Below, in pieces: positions 25,803 through 32,673 of a stretch of DNA of 33,248 nt. Below the pieces are notes generated by a model that was not told where the DNA came from, made no database searches, and saw only the letters and a program-made list of their open reading frames with translations. A program made the position numbers and the translations under genes. The stretch is from an uncultured Candidatus Moduliflexus sp. GTDB lineage: Bacteria > Moduliflexota > Moduliflexia > Moduliflexales > Moduliflexaceae. The DNA lies in assembly GCA_964565315.1 (NCBI GenBank), contig CAZMEO010000007.1, positions 1-33,248 on the forward strand, read 5' to 3'. Each line of letters begins with the position of its first letter. The first letter of the stretch is position 1.

Positions 25803-27665
25803 TTATTTCATTTCCAGATCGCCGTCAAACGCCGCCAGCGGGATCGGTGCGGCGAAACGGGCGATATAGTCGGTGATTTCGCGGATCAGCCATTCGCTTT
25901 CGCCGGGCGTGACGCCGGACGCGACCGGCACAGTTTTCTGCGCGTAGTTGATGCCTAACAGCAGCGTGCGCTTATGGAAATAGCGGATCACGTCGTACTG
26001 CGTGACCGACGCGGTTGGGATATGGCGCGAAACGCCGATGAAGCCGAACCAGCGGCGGCTGATTTTAATCCAGTCCGGCGCAAGATGCAGCGCGGTGCAG
26101 CCGAAGATGCGCGACACCAATAACACGAACCAGCCGAGGCCAAGCCCCCAGAAGACGCCCGATGCGCTGAGCAGCACCGACGCCGGCAGCCAGCCGTGTT
26201 CCTGTTCTTCATACATCAGATACAATGACAGGCCAGTCAAGACGCTCGCAATCGCAAGGCAGACGAGGCTGGTCAGAATCGTATCGAAGACTTCGGCAGG
26301 CGGCAGCATTTTGGGAATACGAAAGCGGAGTTGATCGTGGCCTTTCAGGCTTTTTTTGATGGAACTGCCGACCGGTTTTTCGTATGTTGTCCGCGTTGAC
26401 TGTTCACTCTCGCGCTCGTCAACAGCCTGAGGTTTCAGCGGGAACGGCTGACTTTGCGCGTCCCAGAGATATTCCTGAATTTCGTGCGACAGCCATTGAA
26501 TATCGGCTTTGCCCAGATGAACGCCGATTTCATGCGTTTCCCCGGCGTGATTGATGCCCAACACGGACTGGCCGCCCGCGCTGCCACGCTTGCCGAAATA
26601 CCAGGTCAAATCGGACGGCTCGATTTCAAGCGTTGGAATCCGCCAGAGTTCGCCGCTGTGAAAACCGAGCAGTTCTTCATGCGCAAACACCCATTCCGGC
26701 GTTAAATGCACGACGGTATGCTTCAGTGCCATGCCGACTTTTTGCTTCGGAACGCGGAAGCTCAGGCGTCCCGGCGCGTTCGCGAGTTTTTCGATTTTTG
26801 TGTCTTCCGGCTTTTTCGTGTCTGAAGGATGCCACCATGACGACGGAATATACTGCGCGAAAATATCCTTGATCTGCTCTGGCGTGGCGATGCGCTTTTT
26901 AACGGATGGCGCTAACAGGCCATTCAATAACTGCGTAAGGCCGGGCGAATGCTTCAAAAACGGCTCGAACTGCGGTTTCATCTCTTCGGTCGGAAATTCC
27001 CAGGGATGGCGATGCGTCAGCATGAAGAGGAGCGTCGCGCCGAGCGCGTAGTAATCAGACGCCGGAACCGCCTGCCCGCTGAACTGCTCGAACGGGACAT
27101 AGCCATACGTGCCGACGACCGTCGTTCCCGCCATCACGGTCGTGCGGATGCGATCTTGCACTGCGCCGAAATCGACGAGATAGACATCATTCACCATCGG
27201 CGCGACATGCAGATTCGGCGAAATGATGATGTTTTTCGGATTCACGTCGCGATGAATCACCGGCGGGCGCAGCGAATGCAGATAGACCAGAATATCGAGC
27301 AAATCGATAAAAATATCCAGCACGTCGGCTTCCGTGCCGCGCCAGCCCTCTTCGATCAACTGCTTCAGCGTTTTGCCTTCAATATATTCCTGAATCAGCA
27401 AAAACTGCGTTCCTGCGGCGGAATCTATCGAGCAATATTCCAAATATTTTGGAATGCGCGGATGCGAAAGCTGTTGCAAAATATGGGCTTCGCGCTCGAA
27501 CATTTCCAGCGTTTTCCATTCCTGCATGCGCGACAGATGGAGTTGTTTAATGGCGACATAGCGTTGCGTTGCAAGGTCGAACGCTTTATACGTCATCCCC
27601 ATGCTGCCATGCCCAAGCGTGCCGTCAATCCGGTATCTGTCGCGAACAATATCTCCAGGTTTCAT
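25803..27665 (-). CDS. Hanks-type Ser/Thr protein kinase with duplicated uncharacterised C-terminal module and two TM helices
   Basis: Kinase motifs: GHGSMGMTY (Gly loop), YVAIKQL, HRDVNPKNI, VDFGA, GTYGYVPFE. The C-terminal 330 aa has no motif I can name. It contains a repeated unit and a TM hairpin (ILTSLVCLAIASVLTGLSLYL; VLLSASGVFWGLGLGWFVLLV). Confidence 0.9.
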   Translation of the reverse strand: MKPGDIVRDRYRIDGTLGHGSMGMTYKAFDLATQRYVAIKQLHLSRMQEWKTLEMFEREAHILQQLSHPRIPKYLEYCSIDSAAGTQFLLIQEYIEGKTLKQLIEEGWRGTEADVLDIFIDLLDILVYLHSLRPPVIHRDVNPKNIIISPNLHVAPMVNDVYLVDFGAVQDRIRTTVMAGTTVVGTYGYVPFEQFSGQAVPASDYYALGATLLFMLTHRHPWEFPTEEMKPQFEPFLKHSPGLTQLLNGLLAPSVKKRIATPEQIKDIFAQYIPSSWWHPSDTKKPEDTKIEKLANAPGRLSFRVPKQKVGMALKHTVVHLTPEWVFAHEELLGFHSGELWRIPTLEIEPSDLTWYFGKRGSAGGQSVLGINHAGETHEIGVHLGKADIQWLSHEIQEYLWDAQSQPFPLKPQAVDERESEQSTRTTYEKPVGSSIKKSLKGHDQLRFRIPKMLPPAEVFDTILTSLVCLAIASVLTGLSLYLMYEEQEHGWLPASVLLSASGVFWGLGLGWFVLLVSRIFGCTALHLAPDWIKISRRWFGFIGVSRHIPTASVTQYDVIRYFHKRTLLLGINYAQKTVPVASGVTPGESEWLIREITDYIARFAAPIPLAAFDGDLEMK

Positions 27666-27845
27666 ATTGTGAGCCGAATCCCCCCGAACCGGCGTATTTT
27701 TAGAATGGTTGTTGCAAAATCTCCCTTTCGTCTGCTGTCAAATTGGTCAACAATTGAATCTCATTACGTTCGACAGGCTGAACCATTTGATCGGTTAATT
27801 TTCTTTTCTGGTTTTGTCATTATTTATGGCGAAATCACGTCGGCA

Positions 27846-27918
27846 AAGCGAACCTCAGGCTTCAGCCTGGGGAATAGAGGGAATTTGCATTCCCCAGGCT
27901 GAAGCCTGGGGTTCGTTT
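27846..27918. repeat. 30-bp-stem hairpin immediately after the glycosyltransferase stop (terminator or REP-like element)
   Basis: The 20-bp perfect core is caggcttcagcctggggaat (27856-27875) / attccccaggctgaagcctg (27889-27908) with a 13-nt loop. Pairing extends to 27846/27918 through positions that are G-U pairs only in a plus-strand RNA. No U-tract follows on either strand. Confidence 0.75.
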
Positions 27919-27922
27919 GAAC

Positions 27923-29098
27923 TTATCGTTTATTGACGACTAATTCGACAATATTCAGAAGTTTTCGGTCAATCACGTCCCATTGAAAATGCTGCTCGAT
28001 GTACGTTTTGCCGTTCCTGCCGAGCGCGGCGGCGAGGTCGCGCCGTTCCAAAAGCAGATCAACGCAGGCTTCGAATTCGTCGTAATCGCCGTAATACAAG
28101 CCGCCGTTACTGCGCAGGCAGTGGCCTTTCACGACCGCGCCATGCGCCGTCGCCATGACCGGTGTCCCGACGCTCCACGCTTCCAGCATGACAATCGACA
28201 GGCTTTCCATTTGCGACGGCATCAAGAGCGCATTCGCCGCCGCCATGCCATTGATTTTGTCTTCATCCGACACGAAGCCGAGCATCCGCACGTCAGGCCG
28301 CTCAGGGAGCGCCATGACCGCTTTGCCCATCAACACCATTGTCAAATCAACGTCATGCACGGCTTTGTAGCGCATGAAACAATCGAGCATTTGGCCGCAG
28401 CCTTTGCCTTCGTCAATTCGCCCGGCATACACGAGAAAATCGCCGCGAATGCCGAATTTTTTGCGAAACGCTTCCGGCTGCGCGTCTTGCCGCGCCTCGA
28501 CGCCTGTGCCAAGCACTTCATACGGAATATGCTTGTTATGAAAGAGCGAATGCGCTAATTCCTTTTCTTCTTCAGTCAGATACAAAAACGCCTGCGGCAG
28601 ATGAAACAGCGTCCGGAAAATGTCGAAATAGACCGGCGGCTCATTGTGCGTCGTGGAGACGAAAATCGCCTTGTGCGGGACGTATTGCATCCCGAAAAAG
28701 CTTGTCGGATAAATGTAGGTGTAAAAAATAAAGGCGTCGTAGTCGTCGGCGTGAGCGCGGATAAATTCGAACAGACCAGGCGAGTATGGCCCTTGCCGCG
28801 CCATCCATTCGACTTCGTCGAAATAGGTGTGCGGCGTGGAATACAACTGCTGCGAAAATTCGTCGAATTGGCGCGGCTTGCGCTCGCGGTCAGTCGGAAA
28901 GCGATGCACGCGGATGCCGTTGACCATCTCCGTTCCGGCGGGATATTCGTTCTTCCATGTCACGTAATCTTTGGCGCAGGTCGTGACGACCTCCACCTCG
29001 GCAAAACGGGCGAGCCGTCCGACCATCGCCATACAATGCGATTCAGAACCGCCGGTAATGTCTGCGCCGTAGCGCTGAATGACGACTGCGAGTTTCAT
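27923..29098 (-). CDS. Glycosyltransferase, GT-B fold, family 4-like
   Basis: The N-terminus is MKLAVVIQRYGADITGGSE. The C-terminal sugar-donor motif is LLMPSQMESLSIVMLEAWSVGTPVMAT. ATG 29098 is 5 nt after the upstream stop. GTG 29107 would overlap that stop by 4 nt. Confidence 0.85.
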   Translation of the reverse strand: MKLAVVIQRYGADITGGSESHCMAMVGRLARFAEVEVVTTCAKDYVTWKNEYPAGTEMVNGIRVHRFPTDRERKPRQFDEFSQQLYSTPHTYFDEVEWMARQGPYSPGLFEFIRAHADDYDAFIFYTYIYPTSFFGMQYVPHKAIFVSTTHNEPPVYFDIFRTLFHLPQAFLYLTEEEKELAHSLFHNKHIPYEVLGTGVEARQDAQPEAFRKKFGIRGDFLVYAGRIDEGKGCGQMLDCFMRYKAVHDVDLTMVLMGKAVMALPERPDVRMLGFVSDEDKINGMAAANALLMPSQMESLSIVMLEAWSVGTPVMATAHGAVVKGHCLRSNGGLYYGDYDEFEACVDLLLERRDLAAALGRNGKTYIEQHFQWDVIDRKLLNIVELVVNKR

Positions 29099-29103
29099 CA
29101 CGT

Positions 29104-29673
29104 TCACCCTGTAATTCCAAGAATCAGCACCGGAATATCAATATTCGACACGCCGCGATGTTCCAAATCCCAGACAAACTGCTCGAAATACGAAACGCCG
29201 GTGGACATTTCATCCGCAAAATCCTTGATCGGCACGATTTCAACACCAGCCTCGATTAATTCCATGTTATGGAAAATCGTCATTTTAGCGCATACATTAT
29301 ACACCATGAAAGCGTATTTGCCGAACTGCACTTCAACGCCTAAATGGTTTTTAATGAAATCCATTTCTCGAAATGCCCCGCGAGAAGAGGCTTCAGATGT
29401 GAAGTTCGGAATGTAATATTCGGTGGGATAATCGCAAAATACTTTCTTTTTATGCCATTCTCGCCCTTCGAATTCCTGTTGAAATGCCTTATTCAACTCT
29501 CTCGGCTTATACAGAATTTTGCCGCGCATGGTTTTTTCTTTGCTGATCTTATTCTTATATTTTGCCGCCTCGATTCCTGCAATAATATCCTTGATTTCTT
29601 GCAACTCATGAGGAAATTGTGCCTCGATAACCTCTTTTCCACGATTGAATGAATAGATTCCAACGATTCTCAT
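29104..29673 (-). CDS. Type II restriction endonuclease, BglII/BamHI-like family
   Basis: From memory, the pattern resembles BglII. FREMDFIKNHLGVEVQFGKYAFMVYN compares with DFGKRDTLVEVQFSNYPFLLNN, and STGVSYFEQ...IDIPVLILGI compares with SSLYYEQ...FDVPIRLVGL. Its start overlaps the MTase stop (ATGA, 29670-29673). Confidence 0.6.
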   Translation of the reverse strand: MRIVGIYSFNRGKEVIEAQFPHELQEIKDIIAGIEAAKYKNKISKEKTMRGKILYKPRELNKAFQQEFEGREWHKKKVFCDYPTEYYIPNFTSEASSRGAFREMDFIKNHLGVEVQFGKYAFMVYNVCAKMTIFHNMELIEAGVEIVPIKDFADEMSTGVSYFEQFVWDLEHRGVSNIDIPVLILGITG

Positions 29674-30659
29674 TCGCCATATTTCTCCGGTTCTTCCAGC
29701 AATCTATGCTGAGAATTATTTTCCCATTCTTCAGGAACTTGTGCGACCTTTTCTCGTCCTGTCGGCTGATGAACGGGCTTTCCAATCGGTCGAGTTTTCA
29801 ACGTGCCATTGAAATATTGTTCGAACCGTGTTTTCGCAATCTTGACATATTCTTCTTCTTTCTCGCTTCCCATTGCGCGGCGATTGTGCATGATGGCCGC
29901 GATGAGCGACGTGCCGACTCCGGCATACGGATCGAACACCCAGTCATCTTCATTAGTGAAGGCCAGAACGCAGCGCTCGACCAATTCGACCGGATATTGG
30001 CACGGATGCGCGGTTTTTTCAGGGTGATTCGATTTGACGTTCGGAATATCCCAGAGCGCGGTTTCCCAATCCTGATATAGCACTTCCCAAATATCAGAAG
30101 GATTTTTCCCTTTCGGATTTCCTGACGGCCTGCCGATATTCGGCCCTTTATAATGCCGTTTTCCCGGATATTTCGACGGTACTCTGACCGGATCGAGATT
30201 GAATTGATAGGTATCGGATTTGGTGAACCAGAGCAGCGTTTCGTATCGGCCTGAAAAACGTTTCGAGGCGTGCAGCCCATGCCCGAAATGCCAGATAATC
30301 CGGTTCCGTAGATGAAAGCCGTGCTGCTTGAAAAGCGGATAATAATACATGTCAAGCGGAAAGACTTCGCCTCGATCTACAAAATTTCCGACTTGCCAGC
30401 ACAGACTCCCCTCATCCTTCAACACGCGATAGAGTTGCGCGATCAATGACTTCTGCGTCTCAAGATAGGCGTCAATCGAGACTTTCGTTTCATAATCTTT
30501 CCCGATATTATACGGCGGCGACGTAATAATCAATTTCACCGCGAAATCGGGAATCTGCCGCATATACTCGTTCACATCGCCATGATAGACGATAAGACGA
30601 GCGTCAGGATTATAATGAGATTCTATTGAGATTTGGTGTTCGAATAACGAGCCGAGCAT
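29670..30659 (-). CDS. Beta-class DNA N4-cytosine/N6-adenine methyltransferase (N6_N4_Mtase family; SPPY suggests m4C)
   Basis: Motif IV IITSPPYNIG lies N-terminal to motif I VFDPYAGVGTSLIAA, the beta-class permutation. AAGGAG (reverse complement of 30667-30672) is 7 nt upstream of ATG 30659. ATG 30677 is the ORF-track alternative. Confidence 0.85.
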   Translation of the reverse strand: MLGSLFEHQISIESHYNPDARLIVYHGDVNEYMRQIPDFAVKLIITSPPYNIGKDYETKVSIDAYLETQKSLIAQLYRVLKDEGSLCWQVGNFVDRGEVFPLDMYYYPLFKQHGFHLRNRIIWHFGHGLHASKRFSGRYETLLWFTKSDTYQFNLDPVRVPSKYPGKRHYKGPNIGRPSGNPKGKNPSDIWEVLYQDWETALWDIPNVKSNHPEKTAHPCQYPVELVERCVLAFTNEDDWVFDPYAGVGTSLIAAIMHNRRAMGSEKEEEYVKIAKTRFEQYFNGTLKTRPIGKPVHQPTGREKVAQVPEEWENNSQHRLLEEPEKYGE

Positions 30660-30660
30660 T

Positions 30661-31575
30661 TTATGTATCTCCTTCATCTAACCATGATAGTTCTCGGCCG
30701 ATTAGCAATTCCGTCATCTCGGCGTGATGCGTATTTTTCATGGCAATCGTTCGCGTTTCGAAGCCGAAACGCTCTGCCATGCGTCGAATATCCGGCGTGT
30801 CGTCATACGTCATGACAAAATGGCCGTTGACATTGCTCGTCAGCGCAAATAATTCTTGATGATTGATCTCCGAATAGGCGTACAGGCGAGCGCCAGCGCG
30901 TTTTCCGCGTCCTGCCGTATAAGGCGGATCAACAAAAAATGCGACATCCGAACGGTTCGAATATTGTTTGATCACATCGAATCCATCGCCCCATACGAAC
31001 GAAATGCGGTCGCGTATTTGATGAATGGCGCGAATGCGTTGCGCGAGCGTATGCGGATACCAGCGCGATGCAATCCCTTTGCCATGCTCGCCGTTTTTAA
31101 TCATCCCCGCGCCTTTTGCCATGATTCCGCCGCGATTGACGCGGTTTTGAATAATTGTGCGGAACGCTTGCTCAAGAAGCGTTCCACGTTCTTTCATCAA
31201 AATGCACTTAACCTGTTCAGAAGAAAACGGAAATTGCTCGATTTTTTCAGCCAATTTTTCGCCGAGTCCGGCGTTGAAGATTGCTTGCCAGACCGAACCA
31301 ACCCGTTCATCTTTTTCAACGAGAATCACATGCCCGGCTCGCTGCTCGAACGCGACGGTCAAGCCGATGATTCCGCCGCCTGCAAACGGCTCGATCAATT
31401 CGTTCGGACAAGCCGGAAGGGAATTCAGCCACTCGCGAATGTGCGGCACAAGCCATGTTTTGCCGCCCGGATAGCGAAATGGGCTTCGTTGCGGCACGGA
31501 CGCCACATTGACGACGCGCCTGCGAACAGGAACGGCAAACTCTGGAAATAAGAGGTCGGAACGTATCAGGCTCAT
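30661..31575 (-). CDS. Dam-type (D12 class, alpha) N6-adenine DNA methyltransferase
   Basis: Motifs: FRYPGGKTWLVPHI, EPFAGGG (motif I), then FFVDPPY (motif IV). ATG 31575 overlaps the upstream stop (ATGA). Confidence 0.85.
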   Translation of the reverse strand: MSLIRSDLLFPEFAVPVRRRVVNVASVPQRSPFRYPGGKTWLVPHIREWLNSLPACPNELIEPFAGGGIIGLTVAFEQRAGHVILVEKDERVGSVWQAIFNAGLGEKLAEKIEQFPFSSEQVKCILMKERGTLLEQAFRTIIQNRVNRGGIMAKGAGMIKNGEHGKGIASRWYPHTLAQRIRAIHQIRDRISFVWGDGFDVIKQYSNRSDVAFFVDPPYTAGRGKRAGARLYAYSEINHQELFALTSNVNGHFVMTYDDTPDIRRMAERFGFETRTIAMKNTHHAEMTELLIGRELSWLDEGDT

Positions 31576-32447
31576 GATTCTTCTGAAGGCGGTTCAAGCA
31601 GCGTCAGATTTACCGGAGGATACGCTTGATCGCTGCTGTCTAATTTTTTCTGAAGCACGCGAATAAAATCATGCACATTGCCCACTGATGGAGTCGTGAT
31701 CGTATCTAACGCTTTATGAAATTCGGTATAAACCGATTTGACATATTTCAGGCGATAGGTCGCTGTTGCCGCATGATCTTCCAGCGTATAAATCATCCAC
31801 GCCATATCGGCGTCTTCCGGCGAGACAACAGGCAATTCCGGCAATGTGTCATAAAAGCGGTCTTGAAGCGCGACGGCGATCTTTTTTCGCCACGATTTTA
31901 AGATGCGGCCTTTGTAAATGAGTTGCGGAACCAGACGTTTTCGAGAAGAGGACAGGTAATCAGGGCGGACAGGCTCGTTCCATTCGAAATCGCTTGCGGT
32001 CTGATATTGCTGCATATAACGCTCGAACGGCTTGCTGACATTGCCGGAAATATACACAGCCTGGACTTCTAACGCGCCGAAATCAAGAATATTTCCTTGT
32101 TCATCTAGCGCAACCAGCACGAAATCTATATTTCCCGCCGCATTTCCATGTGCGTCATTCAAGCGAATTTCGGAGAGCGATGTAAAATTCGTCTTGTTCG
32201 GAAAGAAAAATTTAGCGGCGTCTTCGATAATTCTCCAATCTTCTCGCAGCCGAATCGGGCAAGTAATCACCGGCGAATCGTTTTCGAACACACTGCACAC
32301 GCCAAGCGGATGCGTTGCGCTGTTTTTCGTGCATGACGGCACTTTATTATTGAATGGGCAGAACTTATGATTTCGGTATCGTTCGGCCTGTTCTGTGGCG
32401 TTGTGATAGGGAAGCCCGAAAATTTCAGCAAGTGGATGGTGCGGCAT
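31572..32447 (-). CDS. Type II restriction endonuclease, NotI-like family
   Basis: The N-terminal Cys cluster is AEIFG...CPFNNKVPSCTKNS...GVCSV...ITCPIRL, and the core includes GALEVQAVYISGN. From memory, NotI has AEFFG...CPF...SCVK...GVCVV...CPNR and VLEIQTMDFHGS. It sits next to an MTase gene. Confidence 0.55.
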   Translation of the reverse strand: MPHHPLAEIFGLPYHNATEQAERYRNHKFCPFNNKVPSCTKNSATHPLGVCSVFENDSPVITCPIRLREDWRIIEDAAKFFFPNKTNFTSLSEIRLNDAHGNAAGNIDFVLVALDEQGNILDFGALEVQAVYISGNVSKPFERYMQQYQTASDFEWNEPVRPDYLSSSRKRLVPQLIYKGRILKSWRKKIAVALQDRFYDTLPELPVVSPEDADMAWMIYTLEDHAATATYRLKYVKSVYTEFHKALDTITTPSVGNVHDFIRVLQKKLDSSDQAYPPVNLTLLEPPSEES

Positions 32448-32457
32448 AATATTCTTT

Positions 32458-32611
32458 ATATTTCTCCGGTTCTTCCAGCAGCTTGTGCTGAGAATTATTT
32501 ACCCATTCTTCAGGAACTTGCGCGACTTTTCTCTTCCTGTCGGCTTCAGTTGCTACTGCGTCTGAAGATAGGCATTAATCGAGACTGTTTTCATAATTTT
32601 TTCTGATAATC
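32458..32611 (-). pseudogene. Internally deleted relic of a beta-class MTase gene (paralog of 29670-30659)
   Basis: 32458-32546 aligns with 29679-29768 (MTase 3' end) at ~90% identity by eye and has a 1-nt deletion. 32553-32611 aligns with 30452-30510 and has a 3-nt indel. The ~680 nt that lie between these segments in the intact gene are absent. Confidence 0.75.
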
Positions 32612-32618
32612 CTTTTCT

Positions 32619-32662
32619 AAGCTGTCAGACACGTTGAAGGTGTCTGACAGCTTGCGTTTTTT
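32619..32662 (+). terminator. Intrinsic-terminator-like hairpin whose T-tract lies on the plus strand
   Basis: A perfect 13-bp stem, aagctgtcagaca (32619-32631) / tgtctgacagctt (32641-32653), closes a 9-nt loop and is followed by gcgtttttt. On the minus strand the hairpin is followed by agaaaagg, so it does not look like the aminotransferase terminator. Confidence 0.5.
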
Positions 32663-32673
32663 CAAATCGCCTG

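Noticed and set aside
26002-27902. Plus-strand ORFs antisense to the Ser/Thr kinase (26002-26334, 26454-26705, 26731-27051, 26949-27902)
   Set aside because: The kinase frame has all the Hanks motifs. The 317-aa antisense ORF is Arg/His/Ile-rich junk and extends into intergenic DNA.
27983-31551. Plus-strand ORFs antisense to the GT and R-M genes (27983-28558, 28601-29416, 29344-29652, 29649-30080, 30856-31551, 31157-31474) and the out-of-frame minus ORF 29798-30355
   Set aside because: The opposite or alternative frames carry clear GT-B, SPPY/DPPY MTase and nuclease signatures. These ORFs have none.
32448-32673. Controller (C) protein or small HTH gene upstream of the R-M operon
   Set aside because: No minus-strand ORF of adequate length exists here. 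The sequence is accounted for by the MTase relic and a hairpin.
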